NCBI RefSeq assembly: GCF_009914755.1
Contig: NC_060928.1
DNA from: the human T2T-CHM13v2.0 reference genome, Homo sapiens
DNA: 64,000 bases
Direction: 5' to 3' (one strand)
This document shows positions 22,791 to 34,600 of this stretch, in pieces. Numbering within the stretch: the first letter of the stretch is position 1; each line of letters opens with the position of its first letter. The position numbers and the translations under genes were made by a program. The notes beneath the pieces were generated by a model that was not told where the DNA came from, searched no databases, and saw only the letters and a program-made list of their open reading frames with translations.

Positions 22791-25719
22791 TTTAAAGCCA
22801 CATCCAAATGAAATTTTAACCTGCAGCCACCTTAGGGGGTTGACATAGTCCCCAGAAATATATTCAAAACACTGTCTCATGACCTTCCACCGTCAACAGG
22901 CTACCAAAATGGTTATAAATTGTGTTCATTTGCATCAGTACTCTCTCTGCTCACCACTGCAAACTCCTTCCCTAAGGCATGTTTCCAAACACCTTCAAAA
23001 TGCCAATTTAACTAAAAGGTCAAATCAAAGTAAGATCAGGGTGAACAGAGGAGCCTATAATGTGCCCAGAACATCCTCTAGCCTGAAATGCCTAAACACA
23101 CAAGCATGACCAGAGGGTGATCAACAGCACAGCCAAAATGTTGTAGGCAGTCCAAAGTCTTTTTTATTTTTTTCAATTTCAGCAGATCTCATTTCCATTT
23201 CATCTAACTGTCATGGTTTTCCTTGGGTGGGTCCCCTGTTGCTGCAATGAGTCTTTTCACTGATGCTTCTGCTTAATTGGTTGCATCTTCCTTGGAATTT
23301 GAACCCAAGGTAACGTTACTAGGAAAAATTCTAGTTATCTCCTGAACCAGTTAATACGGAAAGAAAGTCTTTATGTGGCCAAATCAAGCCCTTTCAGCTA
23401 TGAACCTAACACCTGGTCCACAGCATTCCAAGAATGTCAGCTGCTGAGGCCAGGACCCATCACGCAGGCCTGTGGTGTCTGGTGACCCGAAAGGAAAAGT
23501 ATTTGGGTTGCTCCTTCCTATTTAAGATTCACTGCTTGTGCTGACTCGAGCAGGCAGACAGCAGCTGTGGTAAAACCTCTATTTGTTCCAGTTGGTTCTT
23601 TCATTCCCTACTGGGCCATCTTGTAAATTGGCAGTTATAAGTAATGACAAAGAGACCCTCTCAAGGTTGGCAGGTGTGATGAGTAAGTAACATGCAGACA
23701 TATCACCTGCAGTAGAACAATCTCTCAGCTGTCCTCGAGATGGAAACAAAACTCTCCACCTTTATCAGTTCTTCCCAATATGTACTGAAATCTGTTTCTC
23801 TTCACCATGAGCCTTGAACCTTGGTTTGATTTAATCTCTAGCAGCTTCTATTTTCTTGGTTTATAAAACATCTGAGCTATTTAAAAGGAAGTGGAGTGAG
23901 CTGGCATAGCTATTGACCTCATTTTGGTAAGTGAAATCACTGGCTGATGAAAAACATAATGAACCATGATAGAGACAGCCACTGATGAGCAGACCCTGGA
24001 CAGACTAACATTTCAAGGTTGGCTCAGATTATTGCCACCAAATCTAACAACCCAGTAATAAATCCACCAATTCATCACTGAGAAAAAAACCCAATTGTTT
24101 GAGAGAGTCATTGCACTCTAAAAGTTGAATACACTTCATCGCATTAAGTAAAATAGATCTATATTATTTTGCTCTATTTTGTGTATGGCATCAAAGGTAA
24201 ATGGTATGGATTTTAATGAGATTTTTATGTAGTCCACTCCCTATTTGTCAGGTATCAATAACTGATTTTCTGGATTATTGAAAAAAATTTAAATTAATGA
24301 GAGCCTTTGATTTGAGAGTATTATAATTCAAACTCCTTTTTTTTCCTTTTGAGTGGTTATTGATCCTGATAGGTTTTGTTTGTTTTGTTCTGTTTTTAGT
24401 TACCATTATAGCCATATTTCTGGCACCAAATTTAATAATACATTCTCTTTATCATCTCCTGGAAAAGTGTATTTAATTTTTATGTGCTTAGTTATAATAG
24501 CTTTTTAAAGCAATATGGATTAAAAGGCAAGGTTCATAATTCTTGACCTACTATTTAAAAGAGCTATAATACATTATTACATCTAGAATATTGTTAGGAA
24601 CTCTTAATCCAGTAATGATTCACCTGCCAGACAGTGAATGAGTCACATTTCTTTTGAAACACTGATTTATCATCTTAGTAGGAATGTGACTATTTTAGAA
24701 ATGAAATGGGCTATAATCTCAGGAATCTTTTTTTTTTTTTTTTTTTTTGCTGTTGCCAGAATGGTATTCATCTGGAAAGCTAATAGAAAGAACAATTAGC
24801 AGGATATGCCCAATGAATGGTGCCTCTGGTGCACAGCCTGGATTGCTTTTTAATTTTTCTTATAAATCTCTCCAGTATTGTTAGGCCACCATGTGGAATA
24901 ATAGCCAATGACTCATTGCTTTTAAAATGGAAAGGACTCAAATCTTTCTTACCCTTGTGTCATTCTCTTTGTCTTGTAGGCAAGTCACCTGACATTTACA
25001 GTAATTGTATATTTTAATGAAAATTTTGTCTTTTTTTGGTCTTTCTCTTGCCCTTAGCAGTCTATTCCCAATTCTTGGAACCACACTGGAGAGCATAAGA
25101 ACCATGTCAAAGTTATGGACTGGGCATATATTTGTGTTATAATTGAAAATCCTGGAGTTCTTAGGGAAAACTATTGTATTTCTCAAGATTATTTCAATAT
25201 CAAGGATAAGTGAACCCAATAAGGGAACTACGTCTCTTATTTAATTGAGCTCTCTGTTAAAGAGTGAGCCAAGAGTGTCATTGTCTGCTTTTAGTTCAAA
25301 GGGACACTGTTCTGGGTTGGTGTGGATAAGGATGTCAGACTTTTGGGGCTCAAGACTTGGGACATCTAAATAGAGCTTGGTCATGAATAAAAGGTTTCAG
25401 TTTCAATGATGCCTGAAATAGCAATTATAAAAAATGTATTCTAGGCATTGAAACAAGCAGTAACTTGCTGAAAGTCAAAGCTGAAGACCTTGGTGTTTTT
25501 CAAAATGGACAGCTGTTATTTTTTCCTTCTGTCAGGGGACAGTTTCCCTTTTCTTTTGAGGAGCTGCATTTCCCTCCACCTCAGATAATTATTTTATTCT
25601 ATCCTCTTGGTCACAGGAGTGAGAGCATGGCACAAACTAGGGCACTTAGAGTCTTTTTCTTGGATGTCAAATGTAGTCAGGGGACAGAAGCCCCATTCTC
25701 CTAAGTAATGAAACAGAGA

Positions 25720-27086
25720 AAATGGAACAGAAGCGAGAACTGAGAAATAAAGTTACACACTTACAGCCATCTAATCTTTGACAAAATTGACAAAAATAAG
25801 CAATGGGGAAAGGACTCTTTATTCAATAAATAGTGATAGAATACCTGGCTAGCCTAGCCATATGCAGAAGAACAAAACTGGACCCTTACCTTTCACCATA
25901 TACAAAAATTAACTCAAGATGGATTAAAAGTTTAAATGTAAGACCTCAAACTATAAGAATCCTAGAAGAATAAACCAAGGAAACACCATTCTGGATATAA
26001 GCCCTGGAAAAGAATTTAAGACTAAGTCCTCAAAAGCAATTGCAACAAAAACAAAAATTGACAATTGAGACTTAATTAAACTAAAGAGCTTCTGCACAGC
26101 AAAATGAACTATCAAGTAAAAAGAAAACCTACAGAATGGGAGAAAATATTCTTAATCTATGCATCTGACAAAAGACTAATATCCAAAATCTATAAGGAAC
26201 CTAAATAAATCAACAAGAAAAAAGACACCACTAAAAAGTGGGTAAAGGACACAAACAGACACTTCTCAAAAGAAGACATACAAGTGGCCAAGAAACATAT
26301 GAAAAACTGTTCCTCATCACTAATTATCAGAGAAATGCAAATCAAAACCACAATGAGACACCATCTCATACCACTCAGAATGGCTATTATTAAAAAGTCA
26401 AATAACAACAGATGTTGGTGAGGCTGTGGAGAAAAGGAGACATTACACACTGTTGGTGGGAATGTAAATTAGTTCAGCCCCTGTGGAAAGCAGTTTGGAG
26501 ATATCTCAAAGAACTTAAAAGCAGGCCTACCATTCAACCCAGCAATCTCATTACTGGATATATATCCAAAAGAAATCAAATTGTTCTAACAAAAAGACAC
26601 GGGCATTTGCATGTTCATCATGGCACTATTCACAATAGCAAAGACATAGAATCAACCTAGATGTCTATGAGTGGTGGACTGAATTTAAAAAATGTGGTAC
26701 ATATACACTGTGGAATACTAATGCAGCCATAAAAAAAGAACAAAATTGTGCCCTTTGCAGCAACATGAATGGAGCTGGAGGTTGCATTCCTAAGCAAATT
26801 AATGCAGGAACAGAAAACCAAATATCATATGTTCTTACTTATAAGTGGAAGCTAAACATTGGGTAGTCATGGACATTACAATGGCAACAATAGACGCTGG
26901 GGACTACTAGAGAGGGGAGGGTGGAAGGGTGCCAAGGGTTGAAAAACTAACTGTTGGTTACTATGCTCAGTACCTGGGTAATAGACTCATCTGGAACCCA
27001 AACATCATCATCAGGCAATATACCCAGGTATTAAGCTTGCACATGTATGCCCTGAATCTAAAATAAAATTTGAAAAAGAAAAAAAA
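25720..27086 (+). mobile_element. 5'-truncated L1PA15/16-type LINE-1
   Basis: Degraded ORF2 3' region; 3' end ccctgaatctaaaataaaatttgaaaaag followed by an A-tail. Confidence 0.9.
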
Positions 27087-29504
27087 TGTTTATCCAATGA
27101 TGTTTACATATTACCTCAGAGCTCTGGGATGGTGTCAAATGCAAGGATATAAGAGGCAAGGATGTCTACTGAGTATTTGTGAATTAAAGCTAGTGGAATT
27201 AACTTTACTCTGCATTCTTTTACCTGAAATGAGTTGACCCAAAATATGCTATGAATGTTTTTTCTCCAGCTGCAAAATTCATAATAATTTGGAAATTTGG
27301 AATAATTTGAAGAATGGTTGGTACAAATTTCAGTGCAGGTTTTTCTTCTTATTTTGGTTGTGAACACATGTTTTCTAGCATCAATTCTTAAAGATAATTT
27401 GCCCAGTGGCTGAAAGAAAACCAGTATAATTGATAAACTATGCATGTCAAAACAGGATTTGGTGCGTGGGAGTTAAACACTCTTGTGGAAGTGTCTGAAT
27501 CTCCCTCAGATGTCAGTAGAGTACAGTGAGATAGGATCCTCTGTCTTTAAAAAAATTTTTTTTCTTTAGGGACCTATCTGTCTATGATTAGGGATAAAAT
27601 AGTTACAGCAAAAATGTAGTATGCTGGTGAAATATGGACATATGAGAAACCACATTCAGGATCATAATAGGATGTGTCAACATCGGGATCTTTAAACATC
27701 AGTAGTTGCCTGTATTCTAGGACCAGTGAGGAGTGCTTGGTCTCCCGCAGTGCTAACTGCTCTCCTGAGGGAAAGCCGATAGACAGAGCAGAGATGTTTT
27801 TAGGAAAGCCTGAAAATGCACACCAGGAGCATGAGTAGAAAACTAAAAGACAGATGAATCTATAGCTTCATTGTCTAACAACTCGGCACCTCCATGGTAG
27901 ATTTCTACCAGCAAAGGAGTAGTCGAAGTTGTAAAATGATTTTAATCTGTGTCATGAGTAATTGGGACTTCAAAGTATTTAAGCCTTGAATATATATTAT
28001 TTTTGATATATATGATTTAAATCAAACAATTTCCTGCCATCCCCTTGAAATCACAACTCAAATGTTAACCTTAAGTGCCTCCTTGTTTATTGAAATGGCC
28101 TCACTACAGGCCCCACACTCTATGGTGACCAGAAGCTTCATTGTAGAAGGTTCACACAGTCTGGTTTGAAGCAGGGATTTGCTCTGATACTTTTTCCCCC
28201 AAACAGTTTAAATCAACATCAGAAAACAATGTTTAGTTGTTTTATTTATCAAAATAATTGAAGGAGAGATTTGTGAAATTATTTAGAAGTATGGCAATTT
28301 GAATTGTTAAGATTTATTTTATTCATGATGTATTTTAAAACATCAGGGCAAACAGCCTATCACAAAAACTAACATATGACTAAAAATGCTTTCTTCTAAA
28401 TATTTTTCTTTAGCAATAAAAAATGTTTATTTTATAAAATCAAATTTTGTTTAAAAGTTTAAATTACTTTAGTTGTAAGTAAATTTACAACTTTAGTTGT
28501 AAATTTATTAATAAAAATAAATTGGTCAATATGTTGGAGCAGGGGATTCTGCAGACAATTTAGCTTCATTCTTCCTGCCTTATTTAAAGACAAAAGTCGA
28601 TACAACATATTCTTTCTTCCCTCACAAATAGTTCCTTTTATCAGAATGAATGAATAATATCTCACAAAGAAATATTCATTTTCTAACTGTAGAAGCAGTT
28701 ACTGCTATCACAAGCTAGATTTTCACTTCAATAGCAACTGATGTGCCGAGAACTCCAGTGTAGGTCACTTGGGGAGATATTTGTTAAACCCTCATCAGTC
28801 TCTTGACATTCACTGTGGTTGGTATAATATTACGGAGCCATATTTACAACATCCCTGTGCCACTTGTGGCTAGTTGCCATGAGAGATTTCCTTTTTATCA
28901 CGCTGATTGGGACCAAAATGTTGGTCGCATCAGCAGAGGCCAGATTATAGAACAAGAGGCCTGAGGTCTCTGCAGCTTGAAAGGGTGGGGTATGTAAACC
29001 TAGGAGAAAACATGGGACATGATTGTTTGGGTGGGAATTAAAGCTATGTTTCAACTTGGGAAATTGATCTAGAGAGAAAGGAAAGGCAGGATGAGCATGC
29101 TGTTGGCAAAAGATCAAACTGAGGGGAGTCTCAGAGACCTGCTCACTCAGATAATGGTTGGAGGTTCAGGTAAACAGATACCGGGATATTGAGGAGGTCC
29201 AGGAGCAACTTTCAGGGACCTGGTTGTGGGAATGAATATTGGGATATAGCAAGCAGAAATCTAGAGTTTGTGTAAATTTGTATGGCAGGCAGGGAATTTC
29301 GTCATTGAAAGGGCAGTGCTGGAATCCGGGTAATGAAAGAGTCAAGTCACTGAAGACCTGTGTCTTGGTCAGGAAGCCCACGCTGCACTGAAATGTGAGA
29401 AAGGGCCTCGTCCTAGGGAACTCAGTCAATCCAAAGTTGTTATGGATTTTCTATGCCCTGAAGATGCTGGATTATTTCCAATTCTGGCCGACAGACTAAA
29501 AATA

Positions 29505-29760
29505 ATGTCACTGATACTAATCATAGCAGCAAAGACTTATTGAGAATTTTCTATGTTCTAAGCACTGATCTACCTGTTTTGTAGGTACCAGTTCATTTAA
29601 ATCTCACAGCAACCTTTTGAGGTGGGTTCTATCTTCATATACATTTTACAGAAAAAGAAATTAAGACCAAGTAACTTGCCCACAGCCATATAGCTAGTAC
29701 GTGGTGGGGCCCAGCTTCTAACCAAGCAGTCTGTGTGTGTTCTGGAGCCTGCGGTTATAT
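29505..29760 (-). mobile_element. MIR
   Basis: tcatttaaatctcacagcaacctt...attttacagaaaaagaaatt...gtaacttgccc. Confidence 0.75.
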
Positions 29761-29814
29761 CCGCTTTGCATGTGGCCTATTACAGTTCTATTTACCATGC
29801 CAATGTCAAGCACT

Positions 29815-30215
29815 GTCCCTGGTTGGGATTGTGGGAAGCAGACTCTGAGATGGGGTGCAGTATGTAAGATGTAAGGAAGGACTCTATCTGCAGGGCCCGA
29901 CAACAAAGCCTGCCTATTGTAACCATTCCCAGGTACCAGGGCACTTGGGACATACTCCTGAGATCAACACTTGTGGGAATGGAAGCAGGACTGGGAAGAC
30001 AGAAATCAACCCATTGGGAGCTCTGGAGTGAAATGGCATGAGGGAGTTGTCCTGTGTTGGATTGAATGGGCCAGAGCTGCCTCAGGAAGGGCATGATCTT
30101 GGGCAGGGTGTGCTCTGTATCTGCAGGGCCTGGCAGTAAAGTCTGCCTATTGACACTACTCCCAAGTACAAGGGAACTTTCTTAAGGGGAATCTCATCTG
30201 CACAGTGCATCTCTG
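29815..30215 (-). mobile_element. LTR16-family ERVL LTR
   Basis: tgtccctggttgggattgtgggaagcagactctgagatgg...gagatcaacacttgtgg...gaagcaggactggg. Confidence 0.7.
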
Positions 30216-30297
30216 TGCCTATAACAAATACATTTCTATTTTCTGAAAATTTCTAGAAAAGATTTAAAGTTTATTCTGCTACTCCTGCTCTTTCTTA

Positions 30298-30425
30298 GAG
30301 GGACCTTAAATCCCAATTTGCTCAATACAGTCCTGGTTTATACTTGTATTCCCAGCATAATTATTAATAGCTTCTCCTTTTACTCTTAAAAGCATCCTGG
30401 TTGAATGTAAGTTATTTTATCTTCT
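30298..30425. mobile_element. MER94-like hAT relic
   Basis: acagtcctggtttatac...ataattattaatagc. Confidence 0.6.
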
Positions 30426-31693
30426 TGATGCTCTACTGTTCCTCCTTGTTCCTCTACTAATAATCTCTTATTAATTTAGTTTCTAAAAAATGATATTTTG
30501 ATAGAAATAAGGGCTCTCTGTTTACAAAATTTTTCAAAGATAAAACAATTCTCATGTCTGGCATCACTTATCTAATGTTGCCAGCATGCTGGCTGAAAAA
30601 AAAAAAACTCAAAAGTTTGACAATCACAACTAATTATTTTTTCTTATACTAATATGAATGGGATAGTATCACCTACTACTAAGAATATGTTTTTTAGTGT
30701 TGTAAAATATTATATAAGGATGACTCTTGGACTCCTTAAGGTTGGCTACCTAAATAGAATAAGGTCTGTTGAAATACTAAGTCATGAATGAATAAAATAT
30801 CTCCAATTCTCTTTGGTCTATATTTAAATAAAGTAACGTCAACACGAACATCTGAATTTTGCTAAGGCCTCACTCTCATTCCATGTTCTTTACCTTGAAA
30901 GCAAAGTACCATTTCCCCTTCAGTCACTTTTTGTGAATTTTAATGGGTATCTCCTATGACCTGAGAAATAAGCCCCTACATATCCTTCTGCTGTGGACTT
31001 CTGATTAAGTTCCTTTGCTCACAAGCCATTATAAAGTGGTATCTGGCTGCCAAACGCTAATGGCCAGCACCTGGCTGCTTCCCTGGTGACCCTCTCTGCA
31101 GGGTAAAGGTCCTCTCTGCCTCGAGGGCCCTGCTACCTACCGCCCCTCATTTGGGTATGTGGCGTTGCACCTTTCTCTCAGGGGTGGGCTCAGAGGCAGC
31201 ACCGATTGAGTGTGAGCTTCCTCAACACAGGTCTGCTGTGTGCACACCTTGGTCATAGTGGATTACATCTAATCCTTGGAGTGGGGCCCAGGGCAAAAAC
31301 AGATTGTCTGTGTTCTCTTGTCCCTCTTCAGATTTGGCCCAGGCATATAAACGTAAAATATGAAAGTTAATATTTGCCCTGCACATATAAATTAATTAAT
31401 TAAACAGTTGCCTGGAAGATCACTGACTCATCAATTTGTTAAATGCAAAGATATAATTTTCAAAAAAGTAGGTAAGTCTCTTAGTGAGAATCTGTTTAAC
31501 ATCGAGAGATCTTTTTAACTTATAAATGATATGGAATGACAAAGCAGATTACACACATACACACATATAAGGGGAGGAGACAGACAGAGACGGAGGGAGA
31601 AAGAGGTGTGTGGAAAATGATTGCTGGAATAAGGGTGTTAATTTAGAGTCGAAACTGGGTAATATCATACAGTGAAGTACAATGATAAATCTT

Positions 31694-34600
31694 TTTTTTC
31701 TTTTCCATAAGTTATTGGGGTACAGGTGGTATTTGGTTACATAAGTAAGTTCTTTAGTGGTGACTTGCGAAATTTGGTGCACCCATCACCCAAGCGGTAT
31801 ACACAGCACCATATTTGTAGTCTTTTATCCCTCGCCTCCCTCCCACTCTTCCCCCCAAGTCCCCAAAGTCCATTCTTAATTCCTTGTGTCCTCATAGCTT
31901 AACTCCCACATATCAGTGAGAACATATGATGTTTAGTTTTTCATTCCTGAGTTACTTTTCTTAGAATAATAGTCTCCAGTCTCATCCAGGTCAATGCAAA
32001 TGCTGTTAATTCATTCCCTTTTATGGCTGAGTAGTATTCCATTGTACATATATACCACAGTTTACCCACTCATTCATTGATGGGCATTTGGGTTGGTTCC
32101 ACGATTTTGTAATTGTGAATTGTGCTGCTATAAACGTGTGTGCAAGTATCTTTTTCATATAATGACTTCTTTTCCTCTGGGTAGATATTCAGTGGGGTTG
32201 CTGGATCAAATGGTAGCCCTACTTTTAGTTCTTTAAGGAATCTCCACACTGTTTTCCATAGTGGCTGTACTAGTTTACATTCCTACCAGCAGTGTAGAAG
32301 TGTTCCCTGATCACCGAAGCCACACCAACATCTACTGTTTTTTGATTTGTTGATTATGGCCATTCTTGCAGGAGTAAGGTGGTATCACATTGTGGTTTTG
32401 ATTTGCATTTCCCTGATCATTAGTGATGTTGAGCATTTTTTCATATGTTTGTTGGCCTTTTGTATATCTTCTTTTGAGAGCTGTCTATTCATGTCCTTAG
32501 CCCACTTTTAGATGGGATTGTTTTTTTTTCTTATTTTGTTGCAGATTCTAGATATTAGTCCTTTGTCAAATGTATAGATTATGAAGATTTTCTCCCAATC
32601 TGTAGGTTGTCTGTTTACTCTACTGACTGTCCCTTTTGCTGTGCAAAAGCTCTTTAGTTTAATTAGGTCCCAGCTATTTATCTTTGTTTTTATTTCATTT
32701 GCTTTTGGGTTCTTAGTCATGAAATCCTTGCCTAAGCCAATGTCTAGAAGGGTTTTTCCAATGTTATCTTCTAGAATTTTTATAGTTTAAGGTCTTAGGT
32801 TTAAGTGCTTGATCCATCTTGAGTTGATTTTTATATAAGGTGAGAGATGAAGATCCAGTTTCATTCTCCTACATGTGGCTAGCCAATTATCCCAGCACCA
32901 TTTGTTGAAAAGGGTGTCCTTTCCCCACTTTATGTTTTTGTTTGCTTTGTCAAAGTTCAGCTGGCTCTAAGTATTTGGGTTTATTTCTGGGTTCTCTATT
33001 CTGTTCCATTGGTCTATGTGCCTATTTTTATACCAGTACCATGCTGTTTTGGTGACTATGGCCTTATAGTATAGTTTGAAATCAGGTAGCATGATGCCTC
33101 AAGATTTGTTCTTTTTGCTTAGTCTTGCTTTGGCTATGCAGGCTCTTTTTTGGTTCCATATGAATTTTAGAATTGTTTTTTCTAATTCTATGAGGAATGA
33201 TGGTGGTATTTTGATGGGGATTGCACTGAATTTGTAGATCACTTTTAGCAGTATGGTCATTTTTACAATATTGATTCTACCCATCCATGAGCATGGGATG
33301 CGTTTTCATTTCTGTCTATGATTTCTTTCAGCAGTATTTTGTAGTTTTCCTTGTAGAGGTCTTTCAACTCCTTGGTTGGGTATATTCCTAAGTTTGTTTT
33401 TGTTTTTTTTTTTTTTTTCAGCTATTGTAAAAGTTGTTGAGTTCTTGATTTGATTCTCTGCTTGGTCGCTGTTGGTGTACAGAAGAGCTACTAATTTGTG
33501 TTCATTAATCTTGTATCTGGAAACTTTGCGAACTCTTTTATCAGTTCTAAGAGACTTCTGGGGGAGTCGTTAGGGTTTTCAAGATAAATAATCATATCGT
33601 CAGCAAACAGTGACAGTTTGACTTCCTCTTTACCGATTTGGATGCCCTTTATTTCTTTCTCCTGTCTGATAGCTCTGGATAGAACTTCCAGTACTATGTT
33701 GAAGAGGAGTGGTGACAGTGGGCATCCTTGTCTTGTACCGGTTCTCAGAGGGAATGATTTCAACTTTTCCCCATTCAGTATTACGCTTGCTGCAGGTTTG
33801 TCAGAGATGGCTTTTATTACATTAAGGAATGTCCCTTGTATGCCAATTTTGCTGAGAGTTTTAATCATAAAGGCGTGCTGGACTTTGTCAAATGCTTTTT
33901 TTGCATCTATTGAGATGATCATGTGATTTTTAAGTCTGTTTACATGGTGTGTCACATTTGTTGACTTGTGTATGTTAAACCATCCCTGCATCCCTAGGAT
34001 GAAACCCACTTGATCATGGTGGATTATCTTTTTGACACGTTGTTGGATTCAGTTAACTAGTATTTTGTTAAGGATTTTAGCATCTATGTTCATCAAGAAT
34101 ATCGGTTGTGGTTTTCTTTTTCGTTATGTCTTTTCCTGGTTTGGGTATTAGGATGATGCTGGCTTCATAGAATAAATTAGGGAGGATTCCTTCTTTCTCT
34201 ATCTTTCAGAATAGTGTCAAAAGAATTGATACCAATTCTTTTAATATCTGGTAGAATTCTGCTGTAAATCCATCTGGTCCTGGACTTTTTTATCGGTAAT
34301 TTTTAAATTACCATTTCAATCTTGTGGCTTGTTATTGGTCTGTTCAGGTATCTAATTCTTCATAATTTAAGCTAGGAGGGTTGTGTTTTCCCAGGAACTT
34401 ATCCATCTCTTCTAGGTTTTCTAGTTTATGTGTCTAAAGGTGTTTATAGTATCTTGAATGATCTTTTGTATTTCAGTGGTGTCAGTTGTAATATCACCTG
34501 TTTTATTTCTTAGTGAGGATATATGGATTTCCTCTCTTCTTGGTTATTCTTGCCAATGGTCTATCAAGTTTATTTATCTTTTCAAAAAAATGGCTTTTTG

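Noticed and set aside
24100-27448. Estrogen response element upstream of the second vitellogenin
   Set aside because: Only half-sites seen (e.g. ggtca ~25609, tgacc ~27235). I found no GGTCAnnnTGACC palindrome by eye, and an L1 interrupts the region.
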